From positions 6,262,001 through 6,326,000 of the forward strand of contig OZ176057.1 of assembly GCA_964247055.1 (NCBI GenBank): DNA of 64,000 nucleotides, in the 5' to 3' direction. The first letter of the stretch is position 1, and each line of letters opens with the position of its first letter. Source of the DNA: Paragordius varius (taxonomy: Eukaryota > Animalia > Nematomorpha). Below are positions 13,442 through 26,728 of the stretch, piece by piece. The notes beneath the pieces are model-generated. The model saw only the letters and a list, made by a program, of their open reading frames with translations, did no database searches and was not told where the DNA came from. The position numbers and the translations under genes are program-made.

Positions 13442-13805
13442 ATGGTTGATTTTGGCCTTTCCGTCCTCCGGTCAAGCAACTTTACTCCAGACATTGTTGG
13501 AACACCACTTTATATGGCCTACGACATGCTCAGTTAAGACACCTATGTTAAAAAAGTGAGCATTTGGTTCTTGGGAAGTGTAATAATCAATTAGTTGAAA
13601 GCAACAACCCTCCAAACATTGACATTTAGCGGAATCACGTTATTATACTATAAAATTGGACCTTTATTTTTGTTAAATACTACATAAAATCATCAAAACA
13701 AGAATCCCAACCCTACCCAAATCAATTTCCACAGCTTTCACTGATTTTTACATGACTTTATGCGCAAACAGGCTACCGGTAGATGGTCAGCCTATGAATT
13801 TATGC
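13442..13805 (+). pseudogene. STE20-like kinase 3' fragment, type A copy 3
   Basis: atggttgattttggcctttccgtcctccgg at 13442; shared TAG near 13627; extra stops and indels. Confidence 0.85.
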
Positions 13806-14179
13806 ATATACACATAATTAATTGATTTCTTTTTTATTGGGTTACCTACTATAAGATTTTACGGTAAACTATATATAATATAATTTTTTTGGTCATACCT
13901 TTTTTGGAACAATCAATCTCTCCGAGCGCATAGTTAATTCCATCACAGATCAAATACAATTCAAATCTGCAAAAAATTAATACCCATATGGTGTGTTGAA
14001 TTACTCCATCAACACAAGTTAGAAGTTTAAACAAAATTCGTGTTTTACAAGTATTCGCGGGAGATCCATAACAAATAGATCTATTGTATGTTTTTTAAAA
14101 AGGCCACCAAAAAAATTTTTTGTTTATATGGTTTACCGTAAAAGTTATAGGTAATTCAATGAAACAATTAGATGTACAT

Positions 14180-14545
14180 ACCCGCAGCAAGTCATTGGCC
14201 GACCATCGATCGGTGACCTCTTTGCGCAAAGAGTTTTGTAAAAAATCAGTGAAAGCTCTCGAAATTGATTTCGGCAGGGTGGGGATCCCTGTTTTGATAA
14301 TTTTATGTGATATCTAACTGAAAATGAAGGTGGAATTTAAAGATAAATCTAATCTCTAACCTCCAATTTATGCCGTATGGAGGGTTTCCTACAACTAATT
14401 TGATTAGTATTATTCCAAGGACCAAATGCACTTTGCAATCATAAGAGTCTCGACAGAGCATGTCGTAGGACATAAAATGGCGTTCCAACGATGTCTGAAG
14501 TAAAATTGGTTGAACGGAATCAGGAAATACCAAAATCAGCCAAAC
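14180..14545 (-). pseudogene. STE20-like kinase 3' fragment, type B copy 3
   Basis: Second exon ISHKIIKTGIPTLPKSISRAFTDFLQNSLRKEVTDRWSANDLLR followed by a gtatgt donor; first exon frameshifted. Confidence 0.85.
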
Positions 14546-15199
14546 CGATAAAATAGATTATTTAGTAAACACTTTTTCTGTATTTTTGCCGAATGCGCTA
14601 AAATGTTTCAATAAAATCGGAATAAAATGAATTAGGAATCAAGATATATTTGGCATAATTATAGCGAAGAATTTTTACCGTCCAAGAATATACTTTATTT
14701 TTTTAAAAAAGGCGTCTTATTTAAATACAACCAACGTGTGAAAATACACGATTGTTGATAACTTTATAATATTTAAAATAATCGCACCAACAATAAAACC
14801 ATTTTTACCCAAAACAAAATTAAAATATATATCATATTTTTAATAGCACAATAGGTGAGATGCAAATAGATTTTCAATCGATAGATAAATTGCATGGTCA
14901 AACTACAAACAAACAAACCATAATAAATAATGGTGAGAGATGATATGGAAAAAAAGAAAAACCAGGGGAAACCTTAAATGTGGCGAAATGATAGCGTAGA
15001 ATCCTTACTTGCAATAAAAAATGACATATGAATGATGTTAATAATTAAAACATGTATATTAATATAAAAAACTGCTGAACAGCACAAGTAAAGACTTAAA
15101 AATAACGTGGCATGAAATAGCGATCAAACTTTATAAAAACATTAATTAATGGAACTATTTATAAAATCAAATAGTTGGTTGCATTAAAAAGGATTAACA

Positions 15200-15560
15200 A
15201 TAATTATGATCCTAGCAAAATTAAAAATAATGAGAAAACTTTTAAATACTAATTTGAACCTTGAATCTAAGATACACACTTTGACATACGAGGTTTCATC
15301 CTACAAGATTTTACCACAGAAGAAATAGCGTTTGTAATAAAAGATGTGGAATCAAAAACAAAATTACCCCCTAAATATGTCAACAAAAACAAATGAGGGT
15401 TACTCCGATAACTCTTGAATTTTTGGCAGAGCTGTTATACTTAATATATAAAAGCAATTTAATTTCAAATGGTAGGTATGCCATATTAGCCACCCAAAAC
15501 ATGGCTAACCAACCAAATTCTTCAAACGTAAATCAAGAAAGGAGGACAGAGGTGGAAACG
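15200..15560 (+). mobile_element. Degraded LINE ORF2 remnant (tail of unit 3)
   Basis: DFTTEEIAFVIKD and PITLEFLAELLYLIYKSNLIS resemble the pre-RT region of non-LTR ORF2. Homologous to 33940-34420. Confidence 0.5.
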
Positions 15561-15879
15561 CATAATGTGCTTGATATGTGGCTTATTTTTGGATATAATT
15601 ATATTCGCCAAGATCGTTTATGGGAAATTGAGATGTCACAAATAACCTTAAACTTTTGTACCCAATCATTTTCACATGTGCAATAATTCTTATTACCAGA
15701 TATTTTTTGGTTTATATATCTAAGGTGACCAGATTTTTTTAAGGAAAAAGCGGGACAAATCTGAGAGGGGGGTCATTGGGGGGTACAACCAAAAATTTTT
15801 ATATAAAAAATTATTGTAATATTTATTTATTTTTAACACAAATACATTATAAAAATAAAAAAATTTGTACCTTACAGGT

Positions 15880-16700
15880 TGTTTGTACCTTATTCAATAA
15901 ATTTACATGTGCACGAACAAAGGGTGAAGTGATTGTAATATTCTAGAAAAAAAATAATAAAGACGAAATCATCACAAAGTGCGCTGGGTGATGCAAGAAG
16001 CGGCACAAAAAATATTTTCACAATTTAGCGAATAATCTTAATTAAAGCATTATTGGCAGATACACAACGCTATTCAGACAACTACTGATTTGTTAACCCT
16101 GGATGTAGAAAATATAGATGTTAAAATGCTTGGATATTGTAGAACTGTTGGTTAGCTCTTTTGCCAGCGATTGAAATATTAATAAAAATGTGATCTCCTA
16201 GAATCCTATTTTTTATCACAGGACAAAGGTCAAAATTCCAAGTCAAAAAAGGTTAGAAAATAATTTTATGCCATTACCTAATCGCAATATTATAAAACAT
16301 CCAGAAAGACAAGGCTTAATGAATAGCCAGAATATAAAAATGTTTTATACAAACAGAAACGATTATTTGAACACAAGACGGTGCACAATGACACTTTTTT
16401 ATTAAGTCTCATTATTAAATAAATATATTGAATGAAAACTTAAATTATGGACAACAGAAAAAAATACGTAGGATAGAAATGGTTAAAATAATCATTTTTA
16501 AACAAATTATGTTCCATACAATAATATTTTAATTATAAAATTTGCATTATCTTTACCTGAACCACTGCTATTGAACGCGTTTTTCCACATTAAATTAAGT
16601 AAGGACACGGAATCAAATTTAAATGTTGTATAAAAGCCATTTTATGTGTTCAAATATAATTTGACAAATTATGAAGACTTATACAATATTTTAAGTAATT
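15880..16700 (+). pseudogene. Antisense, deletion-riddled copy of the hAT transposase inside the element's 3' region
   Basis: The plus strand reads KFTCARTKGEVIV (~15900), GYCRT..LALLPAIE (~16133) and ..ERVF...KYNLTN (16570-16670). Each matches the minus-strand transposase at ~21270, ~20730 and 16800-16950. Confidence 0.8.
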
Positions 16701-17172
16701 TTGTTTATTTTTTAACAAAAAACTTTAATATAAGAAAATATTTTTCATTGGTATATTTTTTTGAGCGAATGCGTTTTAGCAGATTGTCATCATTTTTTAA
16801 AATATTGTAGAAAAGTCTTTACAAGAATTTGTCAAATTATATTTGACAGATAAGACGGCCTTTAAAGTTTCAACATTTAATTTTGATTTTTCCAATGTCC
16901 ACGCCTGATTTACTGTGGAAAAAAACGCGCTCAGTAGCAGCGTTGGTTCCAGGTAAAGATAGTGCGAATTCCACAATTTTTAAAATATTATTGTATGTAA
17001 TATAAGTTGGCTTCAAAATGATGAAATATTTCCAACCATTTCTTTTCTACTGTATATTTTTCTTTTGTGCATAATTTAAGTTTTTCATTATTAATATATC
17101 TTTTAACTAATGATACTTCAGAAAAAAGATCATTTTCTGAGATTATTTTATGAGAATTTTTGGGACCAGATA

Positions 17173-20100
17173 TGTTGTTGTTATAAGCTAGTCATATACT
17201 GACTCTTGGCTTTCTCATAGATTAGTGTTCTCCATTTTAGGCGATCCTGTGATTCTCTCAACAGTTGATGAAAGGTTAGATTTGTTATTGATTTGAGCAC
17301 ATCGATCCACCGCTTTTTGGGTCGGCCCCTTCTGCGGGTGCCATCTACCAACCCAAAGAGTATGCTTTTTTCAAGCGAGTCGGATCGCAGAATATGACCC
17401 AGATATTTTAGCTGTTTAAAGGTTATTAAATCGTAAAGTAAAAATTCGGGTTTAATGAATTTGAGTATGTAAGAATTGGAGATGTGGGCTTTCCAGGAGA
17501 TTCCCAATATTTTTCGAAAGCACCACATTTGAAAAGAGTTTATGCGGGCTTTGTCAATGGAATTGCATATCCATGATTCGGACCCATAAATTGCCACGGG
17601 GTATATCATCGCCTTCAGGATGGCAAGTTTAGTTGGAAGTCTTATGACCGACGAGTTCCAAATTTTGGCCAGTTTACCCATAGTAGCACGTCCCAATGCT
17701 AGTCGTGCTCGTATGTCGGGATCCGAGCTACCGTCGGATGTAATTATGGAGCCTAGATATTTACAGTGATCGGTTAGTTCGATGGGGGAGTTATTGATTG
17801 TAAATGGTAGTTGTGGAGCGTTTAGGATCATTATTTTAGATTTAGCTGGGTTCAGCTTAAGGCCCATCAAACTTGCTTCGATGGTGAGATTATTTAAAAG
17901 ATAGGTCATGTCCGTGTAGGATTCTGACAAGAGAATGGTGTCGTCGGCGTACCGGAGATTGCAAATAGTAAGACCACCGATCCGTGCCCCAATATGTTGT
18001 GGAAAGTTACAATTGCGTATTAATGTTTCTGTGTATAAGTTAAATAGGAGGGGAGAAAGGACACATCCTTGTCTCACACCTCTGAGAATAGGAAACCAGT
18101 CGGTGGGACCGAATTGAGTTTTAATCGCAGCTGTTTGTCCAGAATACAGCGATCGAAGCAGGAATATTATGTGCGGGGAAACTCCGGAGGATCGTAATAT
18201 TCTCCATAGGCAGTCGTGGTTGACTGTATCAAATGCCATACTGAAGTCTAAAAAGCAGCAATATAGACTTTTCCCAAATTCATTGTATCTTCGGATTATT
18301 GTATTAAGATTAACTATATGATTGGTAGTGTTTCTCTTTGCTCTAAAGCCAGCCTGCACCTCAGATATTTCAAAGTCCAACGAGGATGAGATTCTTTTCA
18401 GTATAATCTTGAGAAGAAGTTTTGATAGTTTATTGGTGATAGCGATCATTCTGTAGTTCTGACAAAGATGGGGATTTCCCTTTTTAAAAAAGGGTAGGAG
18501 AAAAGATTTAATCCAATCATCCGGCCAAATACAGGTTTGAAAAACTTTTTGTAAAAGATCAGTTAAGAAATAGAGGGGGATTGTGTGAAGAATTTTTATT
18601 GGAATATCATTGTAACCTAAGGAGTTGGAGGATGAAAATTGTTTTAAGGCGTATTGAACTTCATCAGGTAAAATTGGGGAATCAAGTTCTGAAGCTTTAA
18701 GGAATGTGCTAATGGATGAATGAGGACTAGAGTCGACATGATAGAGAGAAGTACCGAATTCTTCCCAGCGTTTGATTATTTCCTTTTTATTTGTTAATAT
18801 TACATTATCAGTGTTGCTTATGTTCCCCAGATTTTTGGAGTTGTGAGGAACAAGTAAATGTAGTTTTTGGTATATGTTCTGGCTATTGGCGTGAGCCAGT
18901 TCTAATTCTTTGCAAATAGCTAGGTAGTGAAGATTGATATCAATCTTGGATTGTAGCTTGAATTGAGTATTTAATGTGCGGTACTCAGTAATGTTGTTGT
19001 TTATTTTAGCCAATCTGCGTTTATTGGCCAAGACAATAGAATCATTAGAGAGACATGGATTGTTAGGATGTTTGCGTTGAAGTGGAAAGTGCTTGGGTAT
19101 AAGTTCGTTGATTGCAGTCAAGGTCTGATGCCAATGGTTGTTCACGTTCAGATTATTAGTGTTAATATTACTTAGGGAAGTATTCAGTTTGAGTATAAAT
19201 TCACTTGAAACATTGGAAAAGTCGAAGCGGTTTTTAGCTTTATTGTGCGGTAATTTAGTTCCTAACTTAAATTTAAGTTTAATAGCAAGAAGTTGATGAT
19301 CGGAGCCTATTACGATTCCTGGGAAAGTTTTAGCTCCTATAATGAATTTGAGCCATTTTTGTTGGATGAGGATAAAGTCAATTTGTGAACGGGTATTTTT
19401 TGGAGAAACCCACGTATATCTTCATCTGAGGGGAATATCAAAAAAGGTATTGGTAATGGCAAGTTTTTGGTCTACACAAAATTCAATTAGTTTGTCACCA
19501 CGAAGATTTCTTTTCCCAAGACCAAAGCCACCAGTGACATTGCGTTCAACCTCACAACCTAGGGTAGCGTTAAGATCTCCAGATATTATTATTATTTCGT
19601 TTTTATTGCAACTTATGACTGTGTTATGAAGCTGAGTGTAGAAATGTTCTATATCTTCCTCGGAGGAATTGCTAGTAGGAGCATAAGCTTGGATCAAATT
19701 AAGTTTCAATGGATGTGTATTGAATGTAATTTTAATGATTCTATCGTTGATAAAATTGGGCTCGTCAGCGAATAAAGCAAAAGATTTGTGAATGATGATA
19801 CCTGTACCGTATCTTCTGAGATTGGAATGGCCGGAATGGTATAATATATAGTTGTTATCGATTATATATCCATTGTTCATTATATGGGTTTCCGATAATC
19901 CAATAATTGGAATAGTGTGGTTTTTCATGGCTAACTGGAGAAGTCTGAATTTCGGTAGGGAGTATCCCTGTAGATTTAAATTTCCAATTTTTAGAATATT
20001 TGAAATTTTCGGAGAATTCATAGGAGTCCAAGATAGCAACACAATTATGAGAGGATTTAATATAAAAATAGATAAATAATACAAAAAAAAGGATAAAATA

Positions 20101-20255
20101 ATAGCAAAATTAATGGATAATTAGGAAGATAATAAAGGATAAAGGGAGATAAAATGCCGTCGGCACTTAGCAAAGATTAAATAAATAGGTTTAATGAAGG
20201 ATCTATACTATCAAGATAAAGTGGGTACGACCCTTCTCCATCTTGAACATATGGA
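17173..20255 (-). mobile_element. RTE-clade non-LTR retrotransposon, near full length
   Basis: Single endonuclease+RT ORF. The stop codon is followed directly by a CAACAACA tail (17173-17180). There is a ~230-nt 5' UTR; the 5' junction is approximate (20240-20262) and no clear TSD was seen. Confidence 0.9.
17181..20021 (-). pseudogene. APE endonuclease-reverse transcriptase ORF (947 codons) with one premature TGA
   Basis: EN motifs GNLN, GLSETH, QAYAPT, GDLNA, QIDFI, SDH; RT motifs QAGFR, FLDFSMAFD, GVRQGCVLSPLLF, YADD, YLG; RTE-type C-terminus YGSESW...RRGRPKKRW. Track ORFs 19422-20084 and 17181-19145 are one frame broken only by TGA at 19422-19424. Confidence 0.92.
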
Positions 20256-23200
20256 CCTAACAAATGATTTTTGAACATCTCACCAATTAATTCTGATTTT
20301 AATGTTATTCAATGAAAATGATCCATTTTATTGAATTGCGTCGTCCATTCTTCCAAATGGTCTTTACAGTTTGTATAAAACATTTTTATATGGTACAGGA
20401 TATCTTGGCGATTTATTCCTTGTTTTTCTAAATTATTTATTATATTACGGATGATTAATGATATAAAAATATTTTCTAACCGTTCTTGACATTGGAATTT
20501 TAGGTTACTAACTTCATTAACTACTTCGATTGCCGAAATTTTGTCACCTTTTATAAATTTAATAACATTTTGAAGCAGAGAAGCTTGATTATGTAAGAAT
20601 AACCATATTTTTGAAGAACTTTCAAAAAACTTTTTTAAAGTTGAAGGACATTTGTCCTGTGATAAAAAAAAGATTTTAAAGGATCATACATTTTTAAAAT
20701 ACTTTCGATAGCTGGCCTAAAAGCTAACCAACGAGTTTTACAATATCCAAGCATTTTTTGCTATTTCTGCATTTTCACAGAATTCTTTAAGCGTTTCAAC
20801 ACGTACCGTGTATATATAAAAATAGGAATATATTTTAACAACTACATTTTCCACATCTAGGGGTAACAAATCAGCAGCAGTTTGAATAGCGTTGTGTATT
20901 ATATGCGCTGCACACCCAACGCCAATAATGTTTTGATTAAGATTATCTGCTAATTTATGCATATTATTCGTTCCCTTGCTTTTCCACCGAAGTTCGTATT
21001 GGTGTTGTCAGCGCAATATGCAATAATTTTGTCTTTTAAATTATTTTTTTCTAGCATATGCATTATTGGAGTAAATATTATTTCGGAATTTTCACCGGGT
21101 AGAGAAATTAAATCTAAAATTTTGGGAAATAATTTTGTTTCATGGTGATATGATGCATCAGAGTATAGGGATAAGAAATTAATTTTCAGCAAATCTTTTT
21201 GTATTTCAGAAAATGCATGTGGCGAAAGGACATTGCACACAATGGCTTCAGCCTTTGTACGGGCACATGTAAATTTTTTATGGAATAATGTGCGAATAAC
21301 CTAGATACAGTCCATAGATCTAAAGGAATCATTATGATTAACGGCGTGAAAAGATAACACGCCCTCAGCTGGTGCCAAATTCTTTTCTTCCTCTCCAAAA
21401 GCGGTTTTTCGAAAAAAATCGCTCATTTTGTAATAAGATGCCGCCATATCTAAACGCTTTTTATGTTTCTGTGTTTCCATATGCTTTGTAGTATCATGCT
21501 TCCATGTGCTAGGGTGAATTTCCCCTCGCATATAAGACATTTACATTCTTCGTTTTTTTTTGATGAAAGGAAAATCTTTCATTAATTCATCGTTGAATTT
21601 ACCTCTTTTTGTGCTCATATTTATAAACTACTATTAGTATAATAAATATTATATTACCTTAATTTTCTAGAATCAACGTGTAAGGTACCGATATGTGGTA
21701 TCAATTTGTCTTTTAAGCTACCGATTTTCGGTATTAACTTGGCTTTTGATAATTATGACAGTAGTAGTAGGAAGCAAAGTGTATAATCATATGATATAAA
21801 TTCGAATAAAAATAAATATTTTTAAATTAAAAATAAAAAATTTTAATTTAAAATTTAAACGGATAAAAAAAATTTATTTGTATTAAAAAAAAATTTTTTT
21901 ATATAATCGTGAAAAAGCGGGACTGTCCCGCCAAAAGCGGGACGTCTGGTCACCTTATATATATCACACGATTATGAATCTGTAAGTAAAACTAAATCAA
22001 CCCATAACGGCTTCAGATGTTAATCCTGTAAATGAAGATAAACTAATTAAAAAGAAATGAATGGAATTTTGGTTTAAAATAAATGTCTTTATGATTGCTG
22101 ATTAATACTTGTATCTTTGGAATCCAATCAGAGATCTTAAATAGCCTTTTAAGGTAAATCTCATTGTAAAAGTTCTAATATTAATTACCTACCCTATCAC
22201 AAACACAAACCAGATGTTTTTATTTAATATAATGCAATAATATTTAACATTACAAAAACGATCAAATATAAATTTTTTATTTAATAAGTTTGTGGCAAGA
22301 TTCAATTTTTAGCCTGATAGTTAAATAACTAAATTTGTAGGTTAATAGCACAGTGTAAACATGATAAAATATTATATTCCGATTATCAGGAATCTCATAA
22401 TGCTTTTGGTTTTTGGATTATATAGTGACAGATGAAAGTTATTTACTTTTTTGGTAAGTCCTATATATCGGAAAATGGCATATTTTGAGCTCATTTAAAT
22501 TTTTTGGATGAAAGCTAAATGTTCATTCCAAAAATTATCACTAAAATATATCATAAACTACTTGTAAAAGCAAAACTATATTTTTTTATATTTCAATTTT
22601 TAAATGTAGACTCCGATATCCCATTTTTTTTGTTTTTAAAACGGGTAGTTCTTTTTATAGCGAAAATTCTTGTTTAAAATTGTCAAACCTTTGTTTTACA
22701 TATATAAAAACACATATAGCGTTTATTCATAAATTCATTTTAAATGTAATGTTGAGAATCCTTAAAAAATAGTATGTATATTTAAACATCTTCTCATTAT
22801 AATTACAAATGCACTTCTAACCACATGACTTATGTGATTAATAATGGAAAGTGTTTAAAGGGCGTATGGTTTCATCAATTAAAAATTTCGGTTGCCCTCA
22901 ATCTGTATTAAATCATTGTTATATATTACTTATTCACCAATTTCAAAAAATGCTTTCGCTTTAACAATTGTGATTTCCCGTAATGTCTAATATTTATAAT
23001 TACTACTGCATCGAGTATAACGATAAAACACGCAGCAATCCATATATTGTGGCATAACATTATTATACGTAATATCGAAATAGAATAATCTTTAATCCGA
23101 TTCTATCATATATATTAAATATTATCACACATTTTTCTCAATAGTATAAAAAGCTTTTATTCTTTGATTTGTAACTTCTATCGTCTAAAATTGGGACGGC

Positions 23201-23298
23201 TCAAATACACAAAACATTCAAGTTATAATGGTAAAATGTAACCTGAAAACTTTGTTTAATTATTTACATTTAACTAAAATACATATTTCCTGTCAAGC

Positions 23299-24530
23299 AC
23301 TGTGATTATCCTGATACATTTTACAATCGGAATATATAAATATAATCACACTGTTTTATTAAAGAATTGAAAGCATTTATACTACTAACTAATTAAATCA
23401 TCTAAATACTAATAATATGGCTATTTACTTTGCAATTATATTAAAAAAGAAAGCCACAATATTTCCTTTTTGGTTTTTACTTTTCTGCGGATTACATAAA
23501 AAATCAATTTAAGAAAAAAATCAGATAAATCTTTCACTTTCTTTTTTTCAATAAATGAAGTCCATAGCAAACACCCGTTTAGATAAAATCTAAAGATATA
23601 ATTTATAAAACGCATGTCAATACTTTGGTATGTTTATTCAGCGTTCTAAAAAACTTTGTTCTATCTTAATTTTTTTAATTAACATAAAGACTACATCAAA
23701 ATATATTAATAGAATGTTTATATTTTCTGTAACGTTCTAAATAGTTTGTTCGATTGTCACATTTTGATATATTAACACAAAGGCTACATCGTTTAAAAAT
23801 ATTATGCTGTTTAATCCCCTTATGTGATTTTTTGGAACTACGACCCTATGCTAGATTGTACAAAATACATGAGTGAAAAATTGGACAGAAGTTAACGGTT
23901 TGACAAAAATATATTCACAATAACGGAATCAAACAAAAAGCGTATTTTTGGATTTAGATTCTTAGTGAGTATTTTTTAAAATAATTACACCTTATCAAAC
24001 AACTAATTTAAATGAACTGTTAAAAACATTAGCAATTTTAACGCTGGAAAAAGTTATTTACAATTCAAGCCTCCAATTCAATTAAAGTGTTAGGTTACTA
24101 ATAAAAATATTAAAATTTAATAAATTTGCAGATTTTAATTTAAATAAAATTGTGTTTGTATATGTAATAACTCATTAGCCCATGCAAGAATTGTATTTTG
24201 TAATAAAAATAGCTAGATTTGACCATAAATATCAATTTTTTCTAAGTTATAAAAAAGTATTTTATGTTGTTAGATCAAATAAATTATTGACAAGTTTACA
24301 AGTACAATGCCAACGTTTGAACTCAAAAAATTTCAACACATTAATCATTTTATAAAAAAAAATCTTAAATCTTAAACATCATCCAACAATCGTCTATAAC
24401 ATTTCATCGTAAAGAGTACTGGTTTTAGAATTACTCACTTAATTTTAATTGGATTAACATTATACATAAAGTTGAAATAATTAATGGAACTATGTAGCGG
24501 GCTGTTAAAATATTTCATATACGAATTTAT
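23299..24530. repeat. Front half of repeat unit 4 (separated from its kinase pair by a ~2.1-kb insert)
   Basis: Contains caaacacccg (~23588) and acaaaatacatgagtgaaaaattggacag (~23860), as in units 1-3; homologous to the reverse complement of 52700-53891. Confidence 0.8.
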
Positions 24531-24799
24531 TGCAATAAAAATTGAAACACGTACAAAAGGAAAAAAATAAAACATAAAAGACAGCCAAACTTTTGAATTC
24601 TTTTATATATTTACAATGTAGTATTTGTTACCAGTTACGTTTGTATTTGTCAGAAATCTTTTTTAATCAAGTATTATAAAATAGGTGTGCCAAAACTTTT
24701 GAATATAAGAGATAGCTTTAACCAGGGTCTTTAATCATATCAAAAAGAATGAAACCGGTCCAAATTAAAAATAATAATATTGTCTTTGGGAAATAACGC

Positions 24800-25400
24800 A
24801 TGCATTGCGTCTATAATATTAACGTTTTGATTAAATGAAACTTTCCAACATTAAATTATTTAGAATTGGTTTTTGAGAGCGATGATCCATCCTAACTTTT
24901 TTAATGTTTTAAAGTTGCCGTAATAACTTAAAATATACTCAATTCTAAAATGAATTTTTAATTGTAGGAAATTAAATTACTTGTCTGACCTTTAATTCTA
25001 ATTTTTTCCGTTAGACTGATACTTTATTCACGTTTATTAAATTATAATACTTTACAGTTTGCAAATGGTATAATTTTTGTAAGGTGGTCTATCATCTAAT
25101 TTAAATTTAATAATAAGCAGGTGAAGGAAACATTGTATTAAATTTTTGAATAAAAAGGATAGATGACGAATCAACAATTTTTTTAACAATTATTAATAAC
25201 TCAGAAACTTTTTCAAAATCATAAATACGTAATCTTCAAAAACTTATTGATTGCATATTCTTTTTGGCAAATAATAATTGATATAGTTTAGGTTGGATAC
25301 AATTCTGACCATCGAGTTCGGTACACCTTTTGAGTAAAAAAAGATTTGGCAAGTAACGATTCGTGTTCATATATTAGTATAGAGGAAATCGCAAGCATTT
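24800..25400 (-). mobile_element. Possible highly degraded hAT transposase fragment
   Basis: The minus strand gives YRTRWSELY followed later by MDHRSQK (TRWxS and LDPRFK-like motifs), with many stops. Confidence 0.35.
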
Positions 25401-26279
25401 TATATGTGTGTCAACATACGAAAAAGAACATATTTTGTCCTTTAAAAATTTTTTTTATAATATTTTACTGAGAGGAAATTCAAGATGTAAAAAGCAATAA
25501 ATTCCTTATAAATAATGGATACGTGAAAACAGTAAATTTATTCTACGCCCGTATACGTTACATTTATCTTTTTCGGAAAATACAAATAAAGCGTAAAAAT
25601 AACGGCAAAGGACAACCATACTTGTGTCTTATTTATTTCTTCATTTATTTAATTAATTACAAATAATAAATAATCGTGTCGATTTCTTTATTTTTCTTTG
25701 CAACCTAAAATAATTTAAAACAATGAGTCACATTTATATTCTCAGTTTATTAAGGTACACGGTCCTTTGTAAAAATATTTGCCTTTATGTTTTCTAATTT
25801 GTATATAATATTCAAGTAAGATTTTTAGGGTTTTATTTCCGTCAAGTTGTTAATAATTATTTATTCTAAATATATTTGATCAATTTTGATTTTACACAAC
25901 CAACTGATTGTTTTTCCCATTGATATTCTTTATAAATTAAATTATACGGATGAAAAGACACCTAAGTCTTACCTATACTCTATGTAATATTTTAAATAAA
26001 ACTAAATATATCAATTCACATTTTAATTACGCGAAACCCTAACTAAACTATAACTTATTATTATATAATAAAATTATAATATATTAATTATCTTTAAAAT
26101 TATATTTTTTAACGTTTCGTTTATAATTGATTAAATATAAGAAAATTATGGTAATATATTTAAACTGTAAAGAAAATTTTTTAATTTTTTAACGAGTTTC
26201 ACAGTCCGAACATTGCGTAAAAAGTATAAACACTTATCAAATATGTGCAAATCATATATTTATTTTGTTCATTCCAGCA

Positions 26280-26568
26280 TAGGGGTGTTTAACACATAGC
26301 CCTTCAAAACTTTATGTGCGCCCCGCCAAAAATTTGGAAATGCATATTTCACAATAATAAACTTACAAAGTTTTGTTAATCACAATATTTCTTAAACAAT
26401 TTTTAAAATTGATCAATTCAATTAACAGGAACTATAGAAAAATTGCTATACTGTGTTGTTTGAAATCTAATAAATTAATTATAATTGCCCATACATATTT
26501 CCCATTCTACCCGCTAGATATTTTGAGCTAAATGCAGCCCGCGAAACCATTTAAGTCGGACAGCCCTA
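26280..26568. mobile_element. hAT (Charlie/Buster-like) non-autonomous element, ~290 bp; truncated copies at ~28960-29251 and ~31680-31970
   Basis: Ends TAGGGGTGTTTAAC and G(TC/TT)GGACAGCCCTA are inverted matches, with subterminal CAGCCCGCG. Flanks TTCCAGCA and TTCTAGTA (third flank from the 29250 copy) resemble a decayed 8-bp TSD. Confidence 0.55.
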
Positions 26569-26728
26569 TTCTGATTGTTATTTGCACTAAGCCTCTAATA
26601 TTACAAGAATACTCCTTAATTTGAATGGAATGAAAATCAGTAAATTTATTTGAATATAAATTAATTTTTGAGTGCAAAGAAAAAAATAAACTTGTCAAGG
26701 TTTATCAATTCAATAAATAATGTATTAT

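Larger units (their letters stand above)
1..15720. repeat. Tandem array of three ~5.2-kb units (LINE remnant + ~145-bp monomer tract + kinase inverted pair)
   Basis: Landmarks recur at ~5.2-kb spacing: aaacag.t.ctgaaa.ata.atggagat at ~1, ~5163 and ~10443; kinase A ATG at 3023, 8297 and 13442 (periods 5274 and 5145); atggcaaacaccc at ~2066, ~7160 and ~12397. The array may extend left of the window. Confidence 0.92.
16740..21618 (-). pseudogene. hAT transposase, frameshifted and split by the RTE insertion
   Basis: ATG at 21618 (MSTKRGKFNDEL), HxTxKH, HNDSFRSMDC, SDAS, CADNTNTNFGG, GCAAHIIHN, TRW; resumes left of 17172 with KWLEIF..LSLPGTNAATERVFS (hAT dimerization region). Confidence 0.88.
15721..21957 (-). 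mobile_element. hAT DNA transposon, Blackjack-like, with nested RTE LINE
   Basis: TIRs TAAGGTGACCAGA at 15721-15733 and TCTGGTCACCTTA ending at 21957; perfect 8-bp TSD TATATATC (15713-15720 and 21958-21965); subterminal CGGGAC repeats; internal transposase on the minus strand. Ends resemble the TAGGGTGACCA...GTCCCG ends of hAT-Blackjack elements. Confidence 0.93.

Noticed and set aside
15393-15686. 97-aa ORF as a novel gene
   Set aside because: Its first half is a LINE ORF2 remnant homologous to 34100-34260.
17935-20079. Plus-strand ORFs 17935-18117, 19342-19629 and 19852-20079
   Set aside because: Antisense shadows of the RTE coding frame.
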